A stretch of DNA of 64,000 bases from Candidatus Nanopelagicales bacterium (GCA_018402365.1 JAGYJD010000005.1:11123-75122), one strand, 5' to 3'. Counted from the first letter of the stretch, positions 40,773-50,170 are shown. Notes: generated from the letters alone by a model not told the origin. Numbers and translations: made by a program.

Positions 40773-41486
40773 TTAAGGCGAAACTCTTTTATTAGCCACA
40801 AAAGCCTCATGGGTTATCGGCATCACTTGGGCAAAGTGCTCTTCATACTTCTCAGCTACCATCTCGATCTCACGCTGCGGATATGACGGAAACAGCGAAT
40901 CCTCATCTTTTTTACGCAATGACAAGAAGTTCATTAAAGCGCGAGCATTCATCGTCACATACGCCGTTGAATAAATAGTTACTGGCAAAACCCCGCGAGC
41001 AACTTCCCTCGCCACACCGGCTGCCAACATCGATTCATACTGTATATATGCAGCTTCACATGATTCTCTAAAAGCCTTATCTGTTACGTCAAACTGCTCT
41101 TTGGTTCCATCTTCAAAGTTATAGGCCCCAGCCTTGCCCACTTGTACTAATTTGCGCTTTTGGTCCGGAACATAAAATTCTGGGTCTAGTACCCGGTATC
41201 TTCCTGATTCTTCGTTATAGCTAGCAACTCGATGGCGCATATGCTCTCGCCACACAAAGATCGGCGCCTTCACATAAAAGGTAAACACCGAATGCTCAAA
41301 AGGTGTGCCGTGACGCTCACGCATCAAAAAGTTAATTAATCCCTTAGATTCGCTGACCGGCCCAACCGACTCTTTGGACCTTTCCCCCGCGGTCGAGACC
41401 CTTGCCGCCCAAACCACATCTTCATCACTGGCCGAATGCTTGACCAACTCAACTGTCACATCGGATCTGAATTTAATCTCGCTCAT
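40773..41486 (-). CDS. thyX: flavin-dependent thymidylate synthase
   Basis: HGTPFEH, RHRVASYNEESGRY and AREVAR motifs. Confidence 0.96.
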   Translation of the reverse strand: MSEIKFRSDVTVELVKHSASDEDVVWAARVSTAGERSKESVGPVSESKGLINFLMRERHGTPFEHSVFTFYVKAPIFVWREHMRHRVASYNEESGRYRVLDPEFYVPDQKRKLVQVGKAGAYNFEDGTKEQFDVTDKAFRESCEAAYIQYESMLAAGVAREVARGVLPVTIYSTAYVTMNARALMNFLSLRKKDEDSLFPSYPQREIEMVAEKYEEHFAQVMPITHEAFVANKRVSP

Positions 41487-41601
41487 ATCGAGCCAACCTT
41501 AGTTGCTCTTTGAGGCATCCGAACACATCGACACAACCTCTCCAGTTGCCTTGACTTTGCTTCACAAATTCAGCCTTATCCTCGCGGTGAACCGTAAATT
41601 C

Positions 41602-41610
41602 TGTGGATAA
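41602..41610 (-). promoter_or_regulatory. perfect DnaA box (TTATCCACA)
   Basis: TGTGGATAA on the plus strand, in the thyX/HAD divergent region. Confidence 0.55.
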
Positions 41611-41647
41611 CTCAGAGAGCAAAATCAGATTATGATGAGTACTCACC

Positions 41648-42325
41648 ATGCACCTGAAATATATCTTTTTTGACGTCAACGAAACCCTTACCGACTTTTC
41701 TCAACTCTCAAAGGCTATGGGAGAGCTTGGCTTGTCGAATTCAGATATGCAACTTTGGTTTTCGCGAGTATTACGTGATGGATTTGCCATCACCTTGACC
41801 AATCAGCCAGTCAACTTTGCGCAAACAGCAGAAGTAGCCTTAGCCAATTTATTGCAAGAGCGCAATCTAAGTGTTACCCCAGATCAAATCACCCGAACCA
41901 TAAAACAAATTGCTCAATTGCCCGCCCAAAAAGGTGTGGCAGAAGCTTTCGCTCAATTAAAAGATCTAAATCTCACTCTCTCAACTTTAACCAATGGCTC
42001 AACTGCTGCAGCAGAATTTATTTTTAATCAACTAGAAATTAATCATTTAGTCTCTAATATTTTAAGCGTGCAAGATAATGCTAAATGGAAACCTCACCTG
42101 GAGGCTTATCAATTTGCGCTAAGCAAAACTGGCGCCAGTGCTAAAGAGTCAGCCCTAGTGGCAGTACACCCTTGGGATATTCATGGTGCTAATCAAGCGG
42201 GCTTAAGCACAGTTTGGATAAACAGAAAACAACTCACCTACCCCAGCTATTTTTCACCACCAACTGCGAGCATTACTGAATTCTCTGACCTCGCTAAAGC
42301 ACTTTCTGAAATAAAACCTAACTAA
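41648..42325 (+). CDS. haloacid dehalogenase type II (HAD)
   Basis: FDVNETL, LTNG, WKP and AVHPWDIHGA motifs. Confidence 0.88.
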   Translation: MHLKYIFFDVNETLTDFSQLSKAMGELGLSNSDMQLWFSRVLRDGFAITLTNQPVNFAQTAEVALANLLQERNLSVTPDQITRTIKQIAQLPAQKGVAEAFAQLKDLNLTLSTLTNGSTAAAEFIFNQLEINHLVSNILSVQDNAKWKPHLEAYQFALSKTGASAKESALVAVHPWDIHGANQAGLSTVWINRKQLTYPSYFSPPTASITEFSDLAKALSEIKPN

Positions 42326-42327
42326 AA

Positions 42328-42999
42328 ATGCTCAAAACAACTAAAGCGCTATTAATCGCCTCACACTTTATCCCCACCATGCTGGTGAGCACCATTTCAT
42401 TTCTTATTTCACTCATTCACTTCTCGCCCTCGCAATCAGCACAAATAGCACTAGCCATCTTTGCTGGCCAACTAGTAGTTGGTTGGAGTAATGACCTACT
42501 TGATTACCCACTCGATTTAGCTGCCTATCGCACCCATAAACCATTAGTAGCAAATCAAATTACCCCAAATTTTTTAAAAAAATCCATATACATCGCACTC
42601 TTTGCCGCGCTTGGCTTATCGCTACTTAGCCCACTAGGGCTGATCGGAACGTTGATTCATTTCTTAGGTATCTTTAGCGCAACTTTATATAACTTAAAAT
42701 TAAAAGCTACCATTTACTCACCACTGCCGTATATCTTTTCTTTTGCTGCGTTACCCTGGGCGATTTATCTCGCCGCTAGCGAAACTCCTCCGCTTTGGCT
42801 CTACCTGGCATTTGCGCTGTTTGCTACCGCCTTTCACTTTTTAAACGTCTTAAAGGATTTATCTTGGGACCTCTCACAAAATGTCTTAGGGCTACCGCAG
42901 CGAATCGGGCGCATAAATAGCATTCTTATTGCAATCAGCTGCACCATGGCAGGTTTGATCACCTTGATTATTTATGCCCCTTCTCTGCTTGAGGCATAA
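42328..42999 (+). CDS. UbiA-family prenyltransferase
   Basis: GWSNDLLD...D...KPL and N...D...D motifs in a multi-TM protein. Confidence 0.82.
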   Translation: MLKTTKALLIASHFIPTMLVSTISFLISLIHFSPSQSAQIALAIFAGQLVVGWSNDLLDYPLDLAAYRTHKPLVANQITPNFLKKSIYIALFAALGLSLLSPLGLIGTLIHFLGIFSATLYNLKLKATIYSPLPYIFSFAALPWAIYLAASETPPLWLYLAFALFATAFHFLNVLKDLSWDLSQNVLGLPQRIGRINSILIAISCTMAGLITLIIYAPSLLEA

Positions 43000-43107
43000 T
43001 TAAAATTTAACTAGTCACCAAACAGCTTTTTTTGCCACACTCGGTTGTTATTTATACTTTGTTCAATTAGAGTCTTATAGATACATATGGAGAGGATGTC
43101 ACCTACC

Positions 43108-43338
43108 ATGCAAAAAGCCTCACTCAACAAATTAGCCGTTGCGTCATTTGTGCTTTCCCTACTTTTCTTCACTTTCATCGCGGCAATCATGGGACATATC
43201 GCTTTGAGGCAAATTAAAAAAACTGGGCAACGCGGACGTGCTTTGGCGCTCGCTGGCGTGATTATAGGTTGGCTGGGCACTATTTTGATTGTGTCGTTAA
43301 TCGCGTTTGTGATGTCTCCGTTCTTTTCATTCACCTAA
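43108..43338 (+). CDS. DUF4190-like small membrane protein
   Basis: LAVAS.VL...GHIALRQIKKTGQRGRALALAG.IIG. Start position uncertain. Confidence 0.8.
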   Translation: MQKASLNKLAVASFVLSLLFFTFIAAIMGHIALRQIKKTGQRGRALALAGVIIGWLGTILIVSLIAFVMSPFFSFT

Positions 43339-43392
43339 AATCCGTCCCGCTGGCCAAGCATTACTTCGGTATTTTTTGAGAGCAGAGAAAGA

Positions 43393-44019
43393 TTAAATTT
43401 CACTAGCTTTTAGAGTAGTTACAGCTAAAGCAAGTTCAGCCAAAGGATGAAGATTTTCTTTTGTGGCAACTATTTCTTTACAGCCAATAAATTTAACGGC
43501 CTCATTTATAGCCGGAACCGTCGGAGCGTTGACAACAAATAAAGAGTCTTTTAATTTTGAATTTGACCTCATTGCCACGAAACCTAAAGCGATTGCCCCT
43601 GGCCCAACTAATATTGTTCTGATATTTTTTTGGGCAAAGCCTTCTAAGGCAGTAAATAATTCAAAGGCAGATGAGCCTAAAGTTTTACTTATCACTTCTT
43701 GCGTATCTGACCTGATAGCTCTCGCTAACACCAATAAATCTCGCAGCGCAGCTACATCCTTGACCCATTGCTGGTCTTCGCCAGCCTTAGATTTACCTAA
43801 CAGAGAAGCAGCATCAATGCCCAGAAAACAACCAATTAATCCACTGGCCGACACTATGTCGCTAGGGGCATAGAGGCCGACAAGTGAATCGTTGGCTTCA
43901 AGTGAGTTATCAAAATCATCTGTTGAGCCAGTCTTTTTGTGTTCAATAGAAATTGGAGTCAAATCAGACCAATTAATTTCGGTGTTATCAAAGCCAAGGG
44001 CCAGGACTGAATTAATCAC
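43393..44019 (-). CDS. truncated, degenerate CobT (DMB phosphoribosyltransferase)-like protein
   Basis: DAA.LLG....EDQQW.K.VAALRD.L..AR and EP-like/LALA segments align by eye with recalled actinobacterial CobT C-terminal halves. Confidence 0.5.
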   Translation of the reverse strand: MINSVLALGFDNTEINWSDLTPISIEHKKTGSTDDFDNSLEANDSLVGLYAPSDIVSASGLIGCFLGIDAASLLGKSKAGEDQQWVKDVAALRDLLVLARAIRSDTQEVISKTLGSSAFELFTALEGFAQKNIRTILVGPGAIALGFVAMRSNSKLKDSLFVVNAPTVPAINEAVKFIGCKEIVATKENLHPLAELALAVTTLKASEI

Positions 44020-44115
44020 GAAGTAAAGAATACCGCTTATAAAGGATTGGTTTTGTCGGTCATCGGTCCACTTGCCCTTTACTGCCGGTTTAAAAGCGAA
44101 AGCTAGAAAGGTATT

Positions 44116-45276
44116 TTAATATTCCTCTTCGTAAGTCTTAGCCAACTGTTGTATCGATGATCTATAGCCAAGTGAGAAGAATATTAAACATAATCCTGCC
44201 GGTATCATCATTAGTAGTGGTGCAAATTCCACACCAACGATGTTCATGTAGCTACCGATTAAGTACGGAAAAATCATTGACCCAGATATTGAGGCAAAGA
44301 AAACAAGGCCAGCAATTCGAGCATTACCAGGACTGATTTTAACTACCCAAGCAAATGCCATAGGAAACACTGGGGCGCAAGCAATACCAAGTAAAATTAT
44401 GGCAGTCCAATAAAAATTAGTCGCGTAAAGTAAAACTAGCGTCGGAATAAAACAAAATACCGAAACTAAAGTTAAGACACCAAAATTGATGCGATCAATG
44501 TATTTAAGAATCACTAATCGAACCAGCAGTAAGACTGCGAAAAATACTGAGACACCCAAAGACGATTTTGAAGTAGACCAACCTTTATCCATTAGATAGG
44601 TAGGAATCCAACCGCTAGCCGCAGTTTCGAGACCTACATAGGTAGTTATTCCCAACAAGAGTAGAACGATTGAAGATTTATGATTGCCAGCTCTTTCAGT
44701 TAATTCTGGTTTGTGAGCAATTTGGCCTTCTGTGTTGAAATAAAAAATCACTGCTGTTAATAACGCAGCAAATACGAAGAACCCTAACAATAAGACATAA
44801 GCCCGAGTGAGAAATAAACCAAACAGCACAGGCACCACAATGGATGAAAGAGCAAAAGCAATATTATTTTTATTTGTTCTTCTTGCTGCTTCTAGTCCAC
44901 CAACGTCAACTACTAGTTGACTAATTCCAACTTGCGCTGCCCCAAACCCAGCTCCAATAAGCGCAACGCCAAAAAGAGTTATATTCCAATTAGGCGCCAG
45001 CATCAAAACCATAACGCCAATTGCAAAAGAGAGCAGTCCAATGACTCCTGCAACTGCACCTTTTATTTTGTCAACCAAATAGCTAGCAACGAAAACACCA
45101 AAGAGCCCACTTAAACCAGTGAGAGCAAAAAGCCTGCCTGCTATTTCTAAATCGAGTGAGTATTTTTCAACATAATATGGAACCAATACTCCATATCCAG
45201 AAACAAATCCGCCGAGTACACCGATGGTGACAATACCAGCGCGAACACTTTTTTGATTTAGTTTTAAGGAAGACAT
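44116..45276 (-). CDS. MFS transporter (FucP/sugar permease-like)
   Basis: About 12 TM segments, YVGLE....W.PTY and APVFP motifs. Confidence 0.85.
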   Translation of the reverse strand: MSSLKLNQKSVRAGIVTIGVLGGFVSGYGVLVPYYVEKYSLDLEIAGRLFALTGLSGLFGVFVASYLVDKIKGAVAGVIGLLSFAIGVMVLMLAPNWNITLFGVALIGAGFGAAQVGISQLVVDVGGLEAARRTNKNNIAFALSSIVVPVLFGLFLTRAYVLLLGFFVFAALLTAVIFYFNTEGQIAHKPELTERAGNHKSSIVLLLLGITTYVGLETAASGWIPTYLMDKGWSTSKSSLGVSVFFAVLLLVRLVILKYIDRINFGVLTLVSVFCFIPTLVLLYATNFYWTAIILLGIACAPVFPMAFAWVVKISPGNARIAGLVFFASISGSMIFPYLIGSYMNIVGVEFAPLLMMIPAGLCLIFFSLGYRSSIQQLAKTYEEEY

Positions 45277-45487
45277 GAAAACCCACTAGATTTTTTCATG
45301 ACGTGCCACACTCGATTAATAATTCATTGGGTGAAAGGTATGGCAATTTAGGGCTTCTCTCTCAATATCACCGATGCCCGGTGCTGTAGTAAAGATACTA
45401 AAGAGATGCCTCGGTCTAGCCTCACGACTAGCGGTTTACTAACATACAAAAGACTTCAAGAGTAAACGCTAAGGAGAAGCCAGAGCG

Positions 45488-46567
45488 ATGAGCAAAAGAA
45501 CCCCGGTAGCCGTAATTTTAGGTGGTCGCAGCACTGAAAATTATCGCTCTTGCCAGTCGGCTAAAGATGTCATCGATGCCTTAGAGAAAAAGGGTTACGT
45601 AGTTATTGCCTACGGCGTGACTCTAGAGGCGAATTGGATTTCTTTCGGTGATTTGAACGCACTAAAAATTTCTTTGATGAAAGAAACATTTGAACTTACG
45701 GATGAAACAGCTAAAGAAATTGCAAATACTACAGAATCTTTACTACCTCCTACTTCTTTACTTGACGTACCAGTTGTTTTTTCGACGCTAATGGGTGCCT
45801 GGGGGTCTGATGGAACTATTCAAGGGATGTTTGAAACTGGCATAGTTCGATACGTTGGATCAGATACGCTTGGATCTGCAATTTCTAGTGATAAATCAAC
45901 TGCCAAATTATTAATGGAGGCAGTTGAAATTCCGACTCCAAAACATATTGTTATTCCTGATAATGCCTGGAAAAAAGATCCAGCTTCTAGTGTGATGCGG
46001 GCAGCAGTGTTAAAGCTGCCCGGTGTATCAAAACCCGCAAGAGGAAGTAACGGCGTTGGTGTTTCATATATCAAAGTTCCAAGGGACTTTAAAAAAGGAA
46101 TTGATATAGCAAGAAATTTTGATGGAAGAGTAGTGGTTGAGAAGTATCATGAGCCAGCAAGACTTTTTGAATGTAACATCATCGAGGACGAGAATAAGCA
46201 ACGTATTTTAAGTGAAATAATTCAAACTAATTGGAAAGAAGAAGATAAAGTCTTTAATTTTATCTCAAGGTCAGACAAATCCTCTTACTCCTTTGCAAAA
46301 GCAAAAGATTTAAAACCCGAAGTTGTGGCATTAATTCATGAATATGCAAAAAGAACTTTTGAAGTTCTAAAATTATCAGGCTATGCTCAGATTGAATTTA
46401 TGATTGATAAAGAAGACGAATTACTGGTGATAGAAGTAAATAGCCAACCTTATTTTGGAAAAGATGGATCCTTTGCACTTTCTTGGAAACAAGCAGGAAA
46501 GACCTACCCAGAATTAATTGATCTTGTGGTTAAAGAAGCCTTGAAGCGACCAGCGGGACTTACTTAA
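45488..46567 (+). CDS. D-Ala--D-Ala ligase-family ATP-grasp protein with degenerate active site
   Basis: GGRSTE, DGTIQG, YVGS, DK, KPAR and EVN..P are present, with many catalytic substitutions. Confidence 0.8.
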   Translation: MSKRTPVAVILGGRSTENYRSCQSAKDVIDALEKKGYVVIAYGVTLEANWISFGDLNALKISLMKETFELTDETAKEIANTTESLLPPTSLLDVPVVFSTLMGAWGSDGTIQGMFETGIVRYVGSDTLGSAISSDKSTAKLLMEAVEIPTPKHIVIPDNAWKKDPASSVMRAAVLKLPGVSKPARGSNGVGVSYIKVPRDFKKGIDIARNFDGRVVVEKYHEPARLFECNIIEDENKQRILSEIIQTNWKEEDKVFNFISRSDKSSYSFAKAKDLKPEVVALIHEYAKRTFEVLKLSGYAQIEFMIDKEDELLVIEVNSQPYFGKDGSFALSWKQAGKTYPELIDLVVKEALKRPAGLT

Positions 46568-47210
46568 CTGTATTCTCAAAAACTTTAAGTATCTCTGCGA
46601 GTGAAATACCCCCCTCTCGCACCAATACAGGGCTATCAGTGCTTAAATCCAAAATAGAAGACGGCTCACTCGCTGGTAGTTCCCCTTGATCTAAATAGAC
46701 AGCAATATCGCTACCAAACTGTGCTTTTATCTCAGAAATGCTTTTACCCGCACTTTGCCCAACTTTATTTGCGGTAGTGGTTGCCAAAATTTCATCTTCC
46801 CCCAAAATCTCGAAAGCTACTGGATGAAGTGGCATGCGAACCGACACCACATTTGGAGTAATTCCCTTATTCCAACTGAGATTATTTAGCCCTTTAAGCA
46901 CGAGTGTTAAAGGACCGGGCCAAAAACATAAAAATTTATTCTTAACATCATCGTTTATCCCGGCGCAGAACTTTTGCAACAATGAAATATTACCTAAAAA
47001 TATAGTTAGTGGAGTTTTTGGAGTTTGCCCTTTAATGCTCCAAAGTAGCTGCAGAGCTTTTTCATCCATTGCTCTTACTGCTAGGGCGTAACTGGTATCT
47101 GTGGGTAGTGCGATGACTCTTCCGGCAGCTAAAGCTTCTTTGGCGGCTTTGATGCCATTTTCTCTCGGAGTTGGGTGAGAGAGACTAAAAACTCTTGCGG
47201 CAACTAGCAT
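46560..47210 (-). CDS. Sua5/YrdC (TsaC)-family protein, divergent paralog
   Basis: PTDTSY, FWPGPLTL, RMPLHP, TAN and SSILDL motifs. Confidence 0.82.
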   Translation of the reverse strand: MLVAARVFSLSHPTPRENGIKAAKEALAAGRVIALPTDTSYALAVRAMDEKALQLLWSIKGQTPKTPLTIFLGNISLLQKFCAGINDDVKNKFLCFWPGPLTLVLKGLNNLSWNKGITPNVVSVRMPLHPVAFEILGEDEILATTTANKVGQSAGKSISEIKAQFGSDIAVYLDQGELPASEPSSILDLSTDSPVLVREGGISLAEILKVFENTVK

Positions 47211-47971
47211 CAGACACTTAGGTCGTGACTAGATCTGTAGCCTGAAAAGGCTTTTTCAAAAACATTTCTAAATCCATCTTTCGACCAAGCACTACGTCCT
47301 ACAAATAGGCCATCACATAATTTAAGGGATGCGATTTCTTCTGCATTTTCAATATTTACTGATCCACCATAACAAAGTGGAAAGTTCTTGGTATCTAATT
47401 CAAGTTCATTTAAAACTTCGTTAATAATGGTGAACGATTGTTCAATATAAGAAATACCAGCCGGTGTGCCATTAACACCAATTGACCAAACTGGCTCATA
47501 CCCGATGAGTGCCCAAGGTATTTGTAAATCTTTTAATACTATTAATTGCTTTTTAAATACTTCTCTTCTTTTATTTAAGTTTTCTTGCTGTGTTTTCTCG
47601 CCTATGCAGTAAATTATCTTTAAGTCATTTTCTTGACAATTTTTAATTTGAGCTGCTAAATCTGCTTCAGTTAATCCAAGCGCTCTTCTTTCAGCGTGTC
47701 CTACCATTACTAAGTCAGCATCTAATTCTTTTATTAAATTTGCAGAGATTTCACCAGTGGTGTTTCCCTGGGCACCAGAAATTTCTTGTGGGCCAATCCA
47801 TAACCCTGAGCCAAATGACATTTTCTTTAATGGCACTAAAAGTGGCATGGTGGGTAACACGAATAACTGCACTGCTTGATTAAATTTTGCCAAATGTGAT
47901 GCGATCTCAACAACTTCTTCGTGGAGTTTTCGACCTAAAAGTTGCTTAGTATTGGTACCAAAATAAAACAT
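47210..47971 (-). CDS. TIM-family isomerase, LerI/EryH-like (L-erythrulose-1-P isomerase)
   Basis: GHAERR, YEPVWSIG and YGGSV, plus the variant LFVGRSAW typical of tetritol-pathway TIM paralogs. Confidence 0.72.
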   Translation of the reverse strand: MFYFGTNTKQLLGRKLHEEVVEIASHLAKFNQAVQLFVLPTMPLLVPLKKMSFGSGLWIGPQEISGAQGNTTGEISANLIKELDADLVMVGHAERRALGLTEADLAAQIKNCQENDLKIIYCIGEKTQQENLNKRREVFKKQLIVLKDLQIPWALIGYEPVWSIGVNGTPAGISYIEQSFTIINEVLNELELDTKNFPLCYGGSVNIENAEEIASLKLCDGLFVGRSAWSKDGFRNVFEKAFSGYRSSHDLSV

Positions 47972-47990
47972 AAACGTTACCGAGTTTCGA

Positions 47991-49076
47991 TTATTTGACT
48001 TTTATCTCGCTCGAGAGCGCTTTTCCGGAACTGTCAAAGAAAGTGATATTTTCTGAGGCAATACTGGTCCACACCGTATCTTTTGCTTCTCTTCCTATGC
48101 TGTGAGAGACGCGAGCCTTAACCAAAAGACCTCCCACTGTGAGATCAAGTAAGTACTGACCTCCTGCGCCAATTGATTTACGAGTGACTGTTGCAGCGCA
48201 AGCGCCTGCTACTTGACTTATTGACACGCTAATGCCCTCGGCTCTTACGCCTAAAATATCAACGCTAGTTGCTTTGGAGCCTAAATCAATTGTTTGAGTA
48301 AACAGCGGGGAAGTTATTTTTGTTCCAGCAACGCTGACGAACTCTGACGGAACAAAGTTCATTCCGGGATTTCCTAAAAACCAACCAGCGAATTGACTAT
48401 TTGGGTTTTCATAGATGACTTTAGGTGAATCGGACTGAGTAATCACTCCATCTTGCATTAAGGCAATTTGGTCAGCCAAAGTCATGGCTTCTGTTTGGTC
48501 GTGGGTTACATAAACAATGGTCTGCTTAAGGCGACTAAATAATTCTTTCATACTGCGCTTCAACTCCATTTTAGAAGTTAAATCAATATTAGTAATTGGT
48601 TCGTCAAATAAAATAATTCGTGGCTGCCGAGCAACTTCACGTCCCACTGCAATTTTTTGACGCGTTCCGTTATCTAGCTCTTCAACTCGTCGTTTTAAAA
48701 CGCTGGTCAAATCAAGAATTTCTGCAACTTCGTCAACACGCTTATCTAATTCATCCTTACTTAGTTTTTCTGACAATAAAGGTAATTCTAGATTTTTTCT
48801 AACACTGGTTCCACGATAAATTACTGGGTATTGAAAGACCATTCCAATATTTCGTCTTCTGGTCGGCACATCAGTGACGTCATGTTCGCCAAAGAATATT
48901 CTTCCGCGAGTTGGAGTCTCTAGCCCAGCTATCATTCTCATCAATGTCGTTTTTCCACAACCTGATGGTCCTAACAAAACCGTTACAGAAGATTTAGGAA
49001 TGGTAAAAGTAATGTCATCCACCGCAGTAAAATTATCAAATTCTTTGGTTACGTTTTCTAAGCGAATGTCATACAT
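47991..49076 (-). CDS. CUT1 ABC ATPase (intact Walker A/B and H-loop, degenerate signature)
   Basis: GPSGCGKT, LDNGT in place of LSGGQ, FDEP, VTHD. Confidence 0.9.
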   Translation of the reverse strand: MYDIRLENVTKEFDNFTAVDDITFTIPKSSVTVLLGPSGCGKTTLMRMIAGLETPTRGRIFFGEHDVTDVPTRRRNIGMVFQYPVIYRGTSVRKNLELPLLSEKLSKDELDKRVDEVAEILDLTSVLKRRVEELDNGTRQKIAVGREVARQPRIILFDEPITNIDLTSKMELKRSMKELFSRLKQTIVYVTHDQTEAMTLADQIALMQDGVITQSDSPKVIYENPNSQFAGWFLGNPGMNFVPSEFVSVAGTKITSPLFTQTIDLGSKATSVDILGVRAEGISVSISQVAGACAATVTRKSIGAGGQYLLDLTVGGLLVKARVSHSIGREAKDTVWTSIASENITFFDSSGKALSSEIKVK

Positions 49077-50154
49077 TTGAAACTCCTTGGCCTATACGCA
49101 TTCCAGTATCTGCATCAAACAAAACCAGTGCCTCGGGATTATAGCTAAGCGAAACAGTTTTAGAATCAAGTTTGGCCAAAGACTCATCATCCGTTCGAGA
49201 AACTACCGTGACCAGATTTATACCATTTACTTCAAAATAAACAGCAAATTCAGACCCTAAATTTTCTAATAATCCCACTTTGGCATCAGTTTTACCTGCT
49301 ACTGAATCAATTGAGATACCTTCAGGTCTTAGGCCTGCCACAACTTTAGAGGCGACCGAATCTACTTTAACCTTGGTGTTGCCTAAGACAGAAGTGAAAG
49401 TTGTACCTGATAATTCACCCGGAAAAATATTTGCTTCAGGAAACCCAAGCGAATTCATGCTCGCTATCGAATTGGGCAAGTCGTAAACCACATCAAGGGA
49501 ATCTTGTTGAACGATCTTTCCATTCGCCAAAATCATCACAGTTCGCGCTAAAGACAGTGCTTCAAGTGGATCTGACGTCATGTAGACAAACGCAACTTTT
49601 AGTTCCTCTTGAGTTTTTCTTAAATCATCTATTAATCTTTCACGCAATTTAAAGTCCAGACCGACCAACGGATCATCCAGCACATAAACATCTGTTGCTT
49701 TCGCTAAACCTCTGGCAATTGCCACCCGCTGCTTTTGTCCACCTGATAACTGCTCGGGTTTTTTAGCTAATAAATCAGTGATTTTAAGCAGTTCGGCAAC
49801 TCGCGCTACTGATTCTGTTTTCGTAGCTTTGCTGGCCTTTGCTAAAACTAATGGATACTCGATGTTTTCTAGAACTGAATAATGCGGGTAAAGTGCGAAA
49901 CTCTGCGGTACATAACCAATATTTCGATCCCCTGCCGCTGCTTGCGTGGCATCTTCACCTCTCACGATGATTGAGCCCGCATCAATCGTTTCTAGCCCCA
50001 TTATGGTTCGCACCAACACCGATTTACCGTTATTTGGCTTTCCACAAATTACAGAGAAATCGTCCATCCCAGCACTAAAAGAAAGGTTATCTAAAACAAC
50101 ATTGCTGCCATAAGACTTTGTTAGTCCCTTGACTTCAAGTGCGTATTCAGCCAT
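49069..50154 (-). CDS. CUT1 ABC ATPase (intact signature, degenerate Walker B and H-loop)
   Basis: GKPNNGKS, LSGGQ, LDDP, MTSD. Start ATG 50154. Confidence 0.9.
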   Translation of the reverse strand: MAEYALEVKGLTKSYGSNVVLDNLSFSAGMDDFSVICGKPNNGKSVLVRTIMGLETIDAGSIIVRGEDATQAAAGDRNIGYVPQSFALYPHYSVLENIEYPLVLAKASKATKTESVARVAELLKITDLLAKKPEQLSGGQKQRVAIARGLAKATDVYVLDDPLVGLDFKLRERLIDDLRKTQEELKVAFVYMTSDPLEALSLARTVMILANGKIVQQDSLDVVYDLPNSIASMNSLGFPEANIFPGELSGTTFTSVLGNTKVKVDSVASKVVAGLRPEGISIDSVAGKTDAKVGLLENLGSEFAVYFEVNGINLVTVVSRTDDESLAKLDSKTVSLSYNPEALVLFDADTGMRIGQGVSNV

Positions 50155-50170
50155 TTTTATAGTTTCCCCT

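Noticed and set aside
43011..43334. 107-aa minus-strand ORF
   Set aside because: Overlaps the DUF4190-like gene on the plus strand, which carries the family motif.
44054..44075. TGTCGG in the intergenic region between the CobT-like and MFS genes
   Set aside because: No TAnnnT at the 10-nt spacing and no gene downstream on that strand.
45421..45430. CTCACGACTA shared with 53982-53991
   Set aside because: A 10-bp match between unrelated promoters is expected by chance.
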